Shown piece after piece: positions 36,355 to 45,700 of a DNA stretch of 64,000 nucleotides. Source of the DNA: Candidatus Limnocylindria bacterium (GTDB lineage: Bacteria > Chloroflexota > Limnocylindria > P2-11E). A model generated the notes under the pieces. The model ran no database searches. It saw only the letters and a list, made by a program, of their open reading frames with translations, and was not told the DNA's origin. The DNA lies in assembly GCA_041496945.1 (NCBI GenBank), contig JBGQFO010000002.1, positions 25,438 to 89,437 of the forward strand, in the 5' to 3' direction. The translations under genes were made by a program, and so were the position numbers. Within the stretch, counting starts at the first letter, position 1. Every line of letters starts with the position of its first letter.

Positions 36355-37491
36355 GTGCGCGTCACCTTCGATGCCCGTCATCTGCAGACGGTCGCGCGCG
36401 TCCGCGGCATCGGTCGATACTCGCGCAACCTCCTCGCGGCGTACGCACGTCTCGCGCCCGCCGAAATCGAGTGGACACTCCTGCGACTGCGGAACTTCCC
36501 GCCGGCGGACCCGTCGCCGCTGCCGCCGCACCGCGATCTGCGCACGCTCCGCCTCCGGCGCCCCGAGCTCTCGATGCTCGCGCTCGACCCGGCGCTGCTC
36601 TCGCTCGAGCTGCCTTTCGCGCGCCCGCATGTCTATCACTCGACCCAGCTCGGGCTCCCAGCGCTACGCGCGTATCGCGCCGTGATCACCATCCACGACC
36701 TCGCGCCCCTGCGCTGGCCCGAGCACTACCTTCGGCTTCCGCACGCGCGCCTCGGGCACTCGTGGGCGTACGCGCTCGCGCGGCACGCCGACGCGGTCAT
36801 CGCGGTCTCCGAAGCGACCAAGCGCGACGTCGTCGAGCGCCTGAATGTGCCGGAGTCGCGCGTCACGGTGATCCCCGAGGCCGTCGACTCGGCCTTCGCA
36901 CCGCCGGCGCGTGACGTCGCCCTCGCTCTGGTGCGATCGCGCTTCGGCGTGAGCACGCCGTACGTTCTCTACGTGGGTCAGTTCGATCCGCGAAAGAACA
37001 TGGACGGGCTCGTCGCGGCGTTCGCGCGGGCCGCCGAGCGGCATCCTGACCTGCGCCTGGTGATCGCGGGCGACCTGGGAAAGCTCGCCACGTTCCTCCA
37101 CCAGGCGCTGGAGCGCGGTCGCGCGCCGCGCGAGCGGGTCGTGCTAACGGGACACGTCGGCGACCCCGAGCTCGCCGCGCTCTACGCGGGCGCCGAGTGC
37201 CTGCTGCACGCCGCGCTGCTCGAGGGCTTCGGGCTCACCCCGCTCGAGTCGCTCGCCGCCGGCACGCCCGTCGTCGGGCTGCGCGCGGGCGCCGTCGAAG
37301 AAGTCGTGGGCGACGCCGGCGTCCTGGTCGAGACGGACCGGCCGGATGCTCTTGGGGACGCGCTGCTGGCCTATCTCGATGACACGGCGCTCCAGGCGCG
37401 TCTGCGGGCCCGCGCCAGGGATCGCGCCGCGCTCTTCTCGTGGGACCGCGCGGCGCGCGACACGCTCGCCGTCTATCGCCGCCTCGACTGA
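36355..37491 (+). CDS. Glycosyltransferase family 4 (mannosyltransferase-like).
   Basis: LLEGFGLTPLESLAAGTPVV motif. GTG start at 36355. It diverges from the GT2 with about 30 nt between them. Confidence 0.7.
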   Translation: MRVTFDARHLQTVARVRGIGRYSRNLLAAYARLAPAEIEWTLLRLRNFPPADPSPLPPHRDLRTLRLRRPELSMLALDPALLSLELPFARPHVYHSTQLGLPALRAYRAVITIHDLAPLRWPEHYLRLPHARLGHSWAYALARHADAVIAVSEATKRDVVERLNVPESRVTVIPEAVDSAFAPPARDVALALVRSRFGVSTPYVLYVGQFDPRKNMDGLVAAFARAAERHPDLRLVIAGDLGKLATFLHQALERGRAPRERVVLTGHVGDPELAALYAGAECLLHAALLEGFGLTPLESLAAGTPVVGLRAGAVEEVVGDAGVLVETDRPDALGDALLAYLDDTALQARLRARARDRAALFSWDRAARDTLAVYRRLD

Positions 37492-37533
37492 GCGAAACCG
37501 CGGCGGTCCATCGCCGGTACACTTGTTGTTCCC

Positions 37534-38898
37534 GTGGCACGACGTATCAGCCTTCCGCGCCTGACCCAGCGCCAGCGTATGGCGCGCTGGCAGCGCGAGC
37601 GCCGCCAGCAGACGATCATCGTCACGATCTTCGGTGCGATCCTCTTCTTCACGATCGGCCTCGTCGCCTGGGCGGCCACCGATCGCTACTACAACACCCA
37701 CCTGAGGCCCGCGGTCACCATCGACGGCCGCGCCTTCGCGATGCGCGACTACAACCGCGAGCTCGGGTACCAGTACACGCGGTTCTACATCGACTACGGC
37801 GTGCCACCGGGATACGAGAACGATCCGCAGATACTCCAGCAGAAGGGGAGCTACGACGCGCTCGCGCTCGATACGCTCGTCGAGCACCAGCTGCTCGACA
37901 TGAACGCCGCGGCGGACGGCATCACCGTCACGCAACAGCGGATCGACGAGCGCTATGTCGCCGATTTCGGCGAGTTCCACTCCCGCCACATCCTCATCAG
38001 CCCCAAGCCGAACGGCGACGCGGCCGACGCGGCGGCCGTAGCCGACACGACGGCGCTCGCGAAGGCGCGTGCGATCGTCGATCAGCTGAGGCAGGCCCCG
38101 AACGATCAGGCGCTCTGGAACAGCCTCGCCACGCAGTACTCGGATGACCCGGGCTCGAAGGACTCCGGCGGCGATCTCGGGTTCGTCGCGAAGGGCCAGT
38201 TCGTCAAGGAGTTCGAGGATGCGGCCCGCACGCTTCAGATCGGTCAGGTGTCCGACCCGGTGAAGAGCCAGTACGGCTATCACATCATGCAGGTGCTCGA
38301 GCTCCGCCCGCCGGACGACAGCGTCTTCGCGAAGCGCGCATCGTCATATGGCTACAGCGCCGCCGACATCAAGGCGCACGTCAGGTACGACATCCTCAAG
38401 GACGCGTACACGAAGAAGGCGCAGGACGCGAGCGTGACATCGCCGACCGAGCAGGTCCATCTGGCGTGGGTCGCGATCGCGTCGCCGAAGGTGACCGGCG
38501 GCGACTTCCAGGCGTTCTCCGATCAGCTGAAGAAGGTCTCGGACATCCAGAAGGCCATCGATGACGGCAAGGACTTCGCCGAGGTGGTGAAGCAATACAG
38601 CGAGGACACGGGCACGACCGACACGGGCGGCGATCTCGGGTGGTTCGCGCACGGCATGATCACGCGTCTGGCGATCGAGAAGGACGTCTTCGCACTGGAG
38701 GCGGGCAAGATCAGCGCGCAGAAGTCCGACGCATCGCAGACTGTCTGGTACAAGGTCCTCGAGAAGGATCCCAGCCGCGCGCTCGACGACGATCAGAAGA
38801 AGAAGATCGCGGACGGCGCGTACTCGTATTGGTATCAAGGCCAGAAGGCGGCGCACGAGATCCACAAGCTGGTCCCGGGCCACGAGCTCGACACCTGA
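37534..38898 (+). CDS. Membrane-anchored parvulin-type peptidyl-prolyl cis-trans isomerase (SurA/PrsA-like, two PpiC domains).
   Basis: N-terminal Arg-rich region plus a TM segment. Two rotamase domains (SRHILI...GGDLGFV...GYHIMQV and a second GGDLGWFAHGM). Confidence 0.65.
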   Translation: MARRISLPRLTQRQRMARWQRERRQQTIIVTIFGAILFFTIGLVAWAATDRYYNTHLRPAVTIDGRAFAMRDYNRELGYQYTRFYIDYGVPPGYENDPQILQQKGSYDALALDTLVEHQLLDMNAAADGITVTQQRIDERYVADFGEFHSRHILISPKPNGDAADAAAVADTTALAKARAIVDQLRQAPNDQALWNSLATQYSDDPGSKDSGGDLGFVAKGQFVKEFEDAARTLQIGQVSDPVKSQYGYHIMQVLELRPPDDSVFAKRASSYGYSAADIKAHVRYDILKDAYTKKAQDASVTSPTEQVHLAWVAIASPKVTGGDFQAFSDQLKKVSDIQKAIDDGKDFAEVVKQYSEDTGTTDTGGDLGWFAHGMITRLAIEKDVFALEAGKISAQKSDASQTVWYKVLEKDPSRALDDDQKKKIADGAYSYWYQGQKAAHEIHKLVPGHELDT

Positions 38899-39001
38899 CC
38901 TGGTCGCGGCCCTCGAGCGTCTCCTGGCGCGCTGGCCGGGCGGCGTCGACGTCGTCCTGGCTTCCGCGCTCGACCGGCACTCCTTCAGCACGATCCGGCC
39001 G

Positions 39002-39865
39002 GTGCTGCTCGTGCTCGACGCCGAGCCCGACATGGCCCTGCTGCGCACGCGCTACGGACCTGACGTGACGCTCGCGCCGATCGGCGCGCGGTATGCGGCG
39101 CTGCCGGCCATCGATCCGATCGTCGACCTCGCCTCCGTGGCCGCCGTCACACGCATCGCCGAGCGCCTGCGCGCAGCGGACGGCTGTCCGTGGGATCGCG
39201 AGCAGACCCACCAGAGCCTGCGCCCGCATCTGCTCGAGGAGGCCTACGAGGCGCTCGAGGCGCTCGACTCGGGTGATCTCGATCGCCTGCGTGACGAGCT
39301 CGGCGACCTGCTCTTCCAGGTCGCGATACATGCGCAGCTCGCGCACGAGGAGGGCGCCTTCGACATGAGCGACGTCGCGCGGCGCATCGGCGAGAAGCTC
39401 GTGCGCCGCCACCCGCACGTGTTCGAGGGCACCGAGATACGCGGGGACCTCCTGGCGCAGTGGGAGCGCATCAAGCGCGAGGAGCGCGAAGAGGGCGGCA
39501 AGGCGGACGAGAGCATCGTGTCGGGCGTCCCAAAGGATCTGCCCGCGCTCTTCGCGGCCGAGCGCCTGCAGGAGCGCGCCGCGCGCGTCGGCCTCGAACC
39601 GGCGCGCATCGAGCTGCCGCTCGATGTGGACGACCCGGCGTTCCTTGGAGAGCTGCTCTTCGACCTCGTCGCGACCGCGCGCGAGAAGGGGTTCGACGCG
39701 GAGAGCGCGCTCCGCGAGGCGAACGAGCGCTTCGCCATGCGCGTCGGCAGGGTCGAGCGGCGCGCGCGCGCGGAGGGCAGGGCTCTGGAGTCGTACGCTC
39801 CGGATGAGATGCGGCGCATCTGGGAAAACACCGGTCTCCAATCGCCGGCGGGAGATGAGGCATGA
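39002..39865 (+). CDS. mazG: MazG family nucleoside triphosphate pyrophosphohydrolase.
   Basis: GCPWDREQTHQSLRPHLLEEAYEALEAL and a second EEAF-like motif. The start is uncertain; the GTG at 39002 was taken. Confidence 0.8.
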   Translation: MLLVLDAEPDMALLRTRYGPDVTLAPIGARYAALPAIDPIVDLASVAAVTRIAERLRAADGCPWDREQTHQSLRPHLLEEAYEALEALDSGDLDRLRDELGDLLFQVAIHAQLAHEEGAFDMSDVARRIGEKLVRRHPHVFEGTEIRGDLLAQWERIKREEREEGGKADESIVSGVPKDLPALFAAERLQERAARVGLEPARIELPLDVDDPAFLGELLFDLVATAREKGFDAESALREANERFAMRVGRVERRARAEGRALESYAPDEMRRIWENTGLQSPAGDEA

Positions 39866-40575
39866 CTTCGACATACAAGCGGCCCGACGGGCGCGCCTAC
39901 GACGCGCTGCGCCCGATCGAGATCACCGTCGGCGTCTCGAAGTTCGCGGAAGGCTCGTGTGAGATCCGCTTCGGCGACACCGAGGTGCTCTGCCTCGCCA
40001 CCGTCGAGAATTCGGTGCCGCGCCACCTCGTCGGCAAGGACCAGGGCTGGGTCACCGCGGAGTACGCGATGCTGCCGCGCTCGACGCCGGAGCGCAGCCA
40101 GCGCGAGAGCCTCGCGGGGCGTCCCGGCGGGCGAACCTTCGAGATCCAGCGCCTGGTCGGCCGCGCGCTCCGCTCGGCGGTCGATCTGAAGGCGCTCGGC
40201 TCGCGGAGCGTGATCATCGACTGCGAGGTCATCCAGGCCGATGGCGGCACCCGCACCGCGGCGATCACCGGCGGCTACGTCGCGCTCGCTCACGCGCTGC
40301 GCCACTTCACGCCGAAGCCGCTCCGGAAGAACGTAGCCGCGGTGTCCGCGGGGTTCGTGCAGGGCGAGCTCGTGCTCGACCTCGCGTATGCCGAGGATTC
40401 CGTTGCCGACGCGGACGTGAACGTCGTCGCGACGTCGAGCGGCGAGCTCATCGAGGTGCAGGGCACCGCCGAGGGCCGTCCGTTCTCGCGTGCCGATTTC
40501 GATCGCGTCCTGGAGCTCTCGATGCGCGGCATCGCGAAGCTCATCGAGGCACAGAACACCGCACTCAAGAAGTGA
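39862..40575 (+). CDS. rph: Ribonuclease PH.
   Basis: RPDGRAYDALRPIEIT, GSCEIRFGDTEVLC and DCEVIQADGGTRTAAITG match RNase PH. ATGA overlap with mazG. Confidence 0.9.
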   Translation: MTSTYKRPDGRAYDALRPIEITVGVSKFAEGSCEIRFGDTEVLCLATVENSVPRHLVGKDQGWVTAEYAMLPRSTPERSQRESLAGRPGGRTFEIQRLVGRALRSAVDLKALGSRSVIIDCEVIQADGGTRTAAITGGYVALAHALRHFTPKPLRKNVAAVSAGFVQGELVLDLAYAEDSVADADVNVVATSSGELIEVQGTAEGRPFSRADFDRVLELSMRGIAKLIEAQNTALKK

Positions 40576-41180
40576 CCGCCCCCCGCGGCGAGCACGTCCT
40601 TCTCATCGGCTCGGGCAACCCCGGCAAACAGCGCGAATGGCGCGACCTGCTCGTGGGCCTCGACGCGGTCCTCGTCGTCCCGCAGGACCTCGACCCCGCG
40701 CCCGCGGAGCCCGAGGAGACCGGCACGACGTTCGAGGAGAACGCGATCCATAAGGCGCGCGCCTACGCCGTCGCCACCGGGCTTCGCACCGTCGCGGACG
40801 ACTCGGGTCTCGAGGTCGACGCGCTGCACGGCGCGCCGGGCCTCCGCAGCCGGCGCTTCTTCGGCGACGACGCGACGGCCGAGCAGCGCAACACGCGTTT
40901 GCTCGCCATGCTCGACGGTGTGTCCGCGCGTGGCGCGCGCTTCGTGTGCGTCGCGGCCCTCGCGACGCCGGACGGTAAGGTCGAGCTGTTCGACGGCGAG
41001 GTGAGCGGGGAAATTGGTCTGGCGCCCCGCGGAGCGCGCGGCTTCGGCTACGACCCGCTGTTCGTCATCGCCGGTGATGGACGCACGATGGCCGAGCTCG
41101 ACTCAGCCGAGAAGCACTCCCTTTCGCATCGCGGCCTTGCCGCCGCGAAGCTGCGCGCGAGGTTGCGAGCGCTCGATTGA
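40572..41180 (+). CDS. rdgB: RdgB/HAM1 family non-canonical purine NTP (dITP/XTP) pyrophosphatase.
   Basis: LIGSGNPGK, ADDSGLEVDAL, and FGYDPLF ... HRGLA. The rph-rdgB pairing is canonical. GTGA overlap. Confidence 0.85.
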   Translation: MTAPRGEHVLLIGSGNPGKQREWRDLLVGLDAVLVVPQDLDPAPAEPEETGTTFEENAIHKARAYAVATGLRTVADDSGLEVDALHGAPGLRSRRFFGDDATAEQRNTRLLAMLDGVSARGARFVCVAALATPDGKVELFDGEVSGEIGLAPRGARGFGYDPLFVIAGDGRTMAELDSAEKHSLSHRGLAAAKLRARLRALD

Positions 41181-41208
41181 GCGCGGCCCCGGCCTCGGCG
41201 AGGCTCTG

Positions 41209-41709
41209 CTAGCGGCGGAGGAGTCCGCGGAGTGAGGTCGCATCGCGCGCGATGACGTCCTTGGGGATCTGCCTGTCGGGCTCGGCGTCGCCGCGCATGA
41301 ACCGCGCGGGATGGCCGGGGGATCCGTCGCTCACGTAGCGCGGGATCACGTGCGTGTGCAGGTGCGGCAGCGAGTTCCCAAGCATCTCGAGGTTCATCTT
41401 GATCGGCTTGTAGTGCGCCTCGATCGCGCGCGCCACCGTGATCACTTCGATGAAGTACGCCGAGGCTTCGTCTGTCGAGAGCTCCGTCGGCTCGGCAACG
41501 TGCCGCCCGCGCCAGATCACGATGGTGTAGCCCGGCTGGCCGACGTCGGCGCGCTGGAGATACGCATCCGCGTACCGACCCGAGAACACCCGCGGGCCGA
41601 AGCCGTTGTCGTCGGGCCGGCCCTCGGCGCACATCGGGCAGCCCGCGCCCCGCTTCCGCTCGTCCCAGTCCGCCGGCCAGCTCTTCGCCACACGCCCAGT
41701 GTGGAACAC
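41209..41709 (-). CDS. HIT (histidine triad) family protein with an N-terminal CxxC segment.
   Basis: HLHTHVIPR histidine triad and CPMC motif. GTG start. It diverges from the MOSC gene with only 8 nt between the two start codons. Confidence 0.7.
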   Translation of the reverse strand: MFHTGRVAKSWPADWDERKRGAGCPMCAEGRPDDNGFGPRVFSGRYADAYLQRADVGQPGYTIVIWRGRHVAEPTELSTDEASAYFIEVITVARAIEAHYKPIKMNLEMLGNSLPHLHTHVIPRYVSDGSPGHPARFMRGDAEPDRQIPKDVIARDATSLRGLLRR

Positions 41710-41717
41710 TCAATGAC

Positions 41718-42497
41718 GTGAGACCGCACGTCGCCTGGATCCACGTCGCGCCGGTCAAGTCGCTGCAGATCCAGGAGCGCCAGCGGGTAACGCTCACGCC
41801 GCGCGGCGTCGAGGAGGATCGGCGCTTCTGCATCGTCGACGAGGCCGACCGGATGCTCAACGCCAAGCGCGTCGCCGCGTTCATCGCGGTGCGTCCGGAG
41901 TTCGACGACGCGATGACCGAGCTCACCCTGCACCTGCCCGCCGGCGCCACGGTCCGCGGGCCGGTCGAGCTCGGCCATCCGGTGACCGTGTCGATCTACC
42001 GGCGGCTCGTCCCCGCGCATGAGGTCCGCGGCCCGTTCACCGCTGCGCTCTCCGGACTGGACGGCCGCACCGCGCGTCTGGTGCGCTTCGACGAGCCGGG
42101 CGAGGGCGTCGATCGCGCCGGAGGCGGCGGCACCGTCACGCTGCTCGCCTCGTCGTCGCTCGACGCGCTGGGGGAGGCCGCGGGCGCGGACGGCCCGGTG
42201 GACCCGCGGCGCTTCCGCATGCTCATCGGCGTCGCGGGTGTCCCGGCGCACGCCGAGGACGGTTGGATCGGCAAGCCCGTGCGCGTGGGTCGCGCCGTCG
42301 TCGTGCCGCTCGGCAACGTCGGCCGCTGCGCGGTCACGACGCTCGACCCGCTCACCGGACAGTCGGACCTGGACACCCTCGGCGCGCTCGCCCGCTACCG
42401 GGGCGCGGAGGCGACGACCGAGAAGCTCCCGTTCGGGGTGTGGGCGCGCGTCGAGCAGCCCGGCTCCGTGGCGCTGGGGGACGACGTTTCCGCCTAG
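41718..42497 (+). CDS. MOSC domain-containing protein (molybdenum cofactor sulfurase C-terminal-like).
   Basis: The MOSC N-terminal beta-barrel region and the conserved Cys in GNVGRCAVTTLDPLTG. GTG start. Confidence 0.6.
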   Translation: MRPHVAWIHVAPVKSLQIQERQRVTLTPRGVEEDRRFCIVDEADRMLNAKRVAAFIAVRPEFDDAMTELTLHLPAGATVRGPVELGHPVTVSIYRRLVPAHEVRGPFTAALSGLDGRTARLVRFDEPGEGVDRAGGGGTVTLLASSSLDALGEAAGADGPVDPRRFRMLIGVAGVPAHAEDGWIGKPVRVGRAVVVPLGNVGRCAVTTLDPLTGQSDLDTLGALARYRGAEATTEKLPFGVWARVEQPGSVALGDDVSA

Positions 42498-42582
42498 CGC
42501 CATCTCGGCACCTTTGCGCTACTGACCCGCGACGCTCCGGACCGCTAGACCAGCGCCAGTGGTGAAGGCGCGCTCGGCAGAA

Positions 42583-42697
42583 ATGGCACTCATGCTGGCA
42601 GCGGCAGCTGCAAACCTCCTGACCTCCGGAGGTGGGGGCTAGTCGCATACGCCGAGTGACGATGCAGATGAGGCCTCCCAGCGGGGAGGCCTTTTTG
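42583..42697 (+). promoter_or_regulatory. Candidate gltB leader/attenuator. It consists of a 19-codon upstream ORF (MALMLAAAAANLLTSGGGG), the 12-nt palindrome ACCTCCGGAGGT (42622..42633), and an intrinsic terminator hairpin AGGCCTCCC-AGCG-GGGAGGCCT-TTTTT (42671..42697) ending 11 nt before the gltB start codon.
   Basis: All elements were read directly in the sequence. The terminator has a perfect 9-bp GC-rich stem, a tetraloop and a T5 run on the plus strand. The upstream ORF's stop codon lies within the G-rich segment that can pair alternatively with the CCTCC arms. Confidence 0.4.
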
Positions 42698-42708
42698 GTT
42701 GGAGACGA

Positions 42709-45700
42709 ATGGACGAGCGCGATGCCTGCGGTCTGGTCGCGATAGCCCGGAAGGACGGGCGACCCGACGCGCGCGTGCTGGCCGAGGTCATCGCCGGCAT
42801 GCGCGCTCTCGCTCACCGCTCCGGCTGCGTCGACGGTGAGGGCGACGGAGCCGGCGTCCTCGTCGACATCCCACGCGCGCTGTGGGCCAGCCGGCTCGAG
42901 CAGGGCGGCCGCGATCCCGTGAATGCGCGTCAGGACCGCTTCGCCGTCGCCCACCTCTTCGTCCCGGGCACCGTCGACGAGGCGGAGGAAGCGGCCGTTC
43001 GGCGCATCCTCGCGCGCCACCGCGTCACGGTGCTGCTCGAGCGCGCCGGCGTGACCACGCGCGAGGCGCTCGGACCACGCGGGCGCACCGAGGAGCCGCG
43101 CTTCTGGCAGCTCGCGCTCCTCGCGCCCGGACGCGCGGGGGTCGCATCGCGAGCGCTGTACGAGGCCGGCGTGGAGATCGAACGGCTGACGGCGGCGACC
43201 GTCGTCTCCCTGTCCCGCCACACCGCCGTCTACAAGCTGCGCGGCGGCGCCGAGCAGCTCCTGCCGTACTTCGACGATCTGCGCGACGAGCGCTTCGCGA
43301 CGAGCATGGCCTTCGGTCACGACCGCTACGCCACGAACACGAGCACGAGCTTCGACCGGGTGCAGCCGTTCCCAGTGTTCGCGCACAACGGCGAGATCGA
43401 CACGATCGGACGCCTGCGCGAGGAGGCGCGCGCGCTGCGCCTTCCGCTCTCGCGCGATGGCAGCGACTCGCAGGACGTGGACGCCGTCATCCGCGGGCTC
43501 GTGCTGCGCCATCGCCTGAGCCCACTCGAGGCGGTCGAGCTCCTCTTCCCGCCGATCGTGAACGAGATCCGGCGCATGTCGCCGCGGCTGCAGGACATCT
43601 ATGCCCAGGCGCGCGCCGCGTTCGGGCCGTTCGCCCAGGGCCCCGCGGCGTTCCTCGCGCGCGTCGGGGACACCTGCGTCTTCGGCGTCGACGCGCTGGG
43701 CCTCCGTCCGCTGTGGCATGTCGAGACGAGCGATTCGCACGTCTTCGCGAGCGAACGTGGCTTCGTGCCACTGGTTTCCTACGTGTGCGATCCCTACCCG
43801 CTCGGTCCCGGCGAGCGCGTCGCGCTGCGCCGCGACGCCGCGGGCTGGCGGTTCCTCGACCAGACCGCTCTGCGCGAGCGATTCGCCGGCGAGCGCGATG
43901 CCCGGGGGATCGTGCGCGACGGTCACCGCGAGCGTCTCGACTGCGGCGGACCGACCAGCGCGCCTGCGGCGCTGGTGCGGCCCGGTCGGATGCGCGAGCC
44001 TCACCCGCGCTGGGAGATCGGCTCGCCGCCGGACGAGCTCGCGGACGTCGCCAGCCGACGCGAGCAGCAATTCGCCGCGCTGGGCTTCGAGCCCGATGAC
44101 CTGCGCATGGCGCAGCACATGGCCGAGACGGCCGGCGAGCCGATCGGCTCGCTCGGCTGGGATGGGCCGCTCGCAGCCCTCTCGCACGGACGCACGAATC
44201 TCGCCGACCACATCCACGAGACGGTCGCGGTGGTGACGAACCCCGCGATCGATCGCGAGCGCGAGATCGAGCACTTCTCCACGCGCATCGTGCTCGGGCC
44301 AAGGCCAAACCTACGATCACGGAGGTCGGTGGACGGCAGGTCGGCGGACCTCGACCGCTGGATCGAGCTGCGTCTCCCGATCCTGCTCGGCGGTCACGCG
44401 CCCGAGACGGCGATGACCTCCGACGATGAGCGCCCCCTCGCGCGCCGCCTCGGGACGTGGTGCATCGAAGACCTCGCGGCGCGCTCGACGATCGACGCGC
44501 CGCGCGCGCCGGTGGTGCTGGAAGCGGATCGCGACTGGACCGAGCATCCCGCGGACGCGCTCGCGCGTCTTGGGGCGCAGGCGTGTCGTGGCGTCCGCGC
44601 CGGGTCGGCGCTCGTCGTCGTGCAGGACCGGCACGTGCTCGCGGAGGGACGCGCGTGGATCGACCCACTGCTCGTCGTGGCCGCGGCGCACCGCGCGCTC
44701 GTGGCGCAGGCGCACCGCAGCGGCTCGCTCCGCCGCGCCTGCGCGCTCGTGGTCTCGGCCGGGAGCCTGCGCAACCTCCACGACATCATGGTCGCTCTCG
44801 CGCTCGGCGCCGACGCAGCCAACCCGTACCTGCTGACCGAGTACGCGCGCTCGCTCGACGACCCCGACGCGCTGCCGAACCTGGTCGAGGCACTGCGGAA
44901 GGGGATCGAGAAGGTGCTATCGACCCTCGGCATGCACGAGCTCCGCGGCTATGGCCGCCAGCTCTCGGCCATCGGGCTCGCGCCCGACGTCGCGCGTCTG
45001 GTCGGCATCCGCACGTTCTTCGGCGCGGAGGGTCGGGGGCTGGGCTGGGAGCGCATCGCCGAGCAGGGCCTCGAGCGAGCGATGCTGCTGCGCGATCGCA
45101 CCCCCGCGCGCCTCGAGCCGCCGTTCCGCGTCTACCCCCGCATCTGGAAGACCGCGCTCGCGGTCGCGCGCGACGAGGTGCCCTACGCGGCGTTCGCCGA
45201 GAAGCTCGCGCAGCTGGAGCACGAGCACCCCGTCTCGCTGCGGCACCTTCTCGATCTCGCGCGGCCGGCGGAGGGGGAGCCGGAGCGTCGCGCCACGACG
45301 CGCACAGGCGAGCACGCCGCGCCGATGTACATCTCGTCGATGTCGTTCGGCTCGCAGGGCGAGACCGCCTACCGCGCCTACGCCGAGGCCATGGCGCGGA
45401 TGGACCTCCTCTGCGTGAATGGAGAGGGCGGCGAGCTGCCGGACCTCATCGGCAAGTACCCGCACAACCGCGGGCAGCAGATCGCGTCGGGGCGCTTCGG
45501 CGTCTCGGCGCTGCTCGCGAACTCGTCGGACTACCTCGAGATCAAGATCGGCCAGGGCGCGAAGCCGGGTGAGGGCGGGCACCTGCCGGCGCGCAAGGTC
45601 TCGGTCAAGGTCGCCCTCGCGCGCAACGCGCAGCCGGGGGTCGACCTCATCAGCCCGTCGAACAATCACGACATCTACTCGATCGAGGACCTCGCGCAGG

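Noticed and set aside
42622-42633. The ACCTCCGGAGGT palindrome as a stand-alone protein-binding site or restriction-like site.
   Set aside because: It is more parsimoniously part of the alternative RNA pairings of the gltB leader. It is kept only as a component of the attenuator hypothesis.
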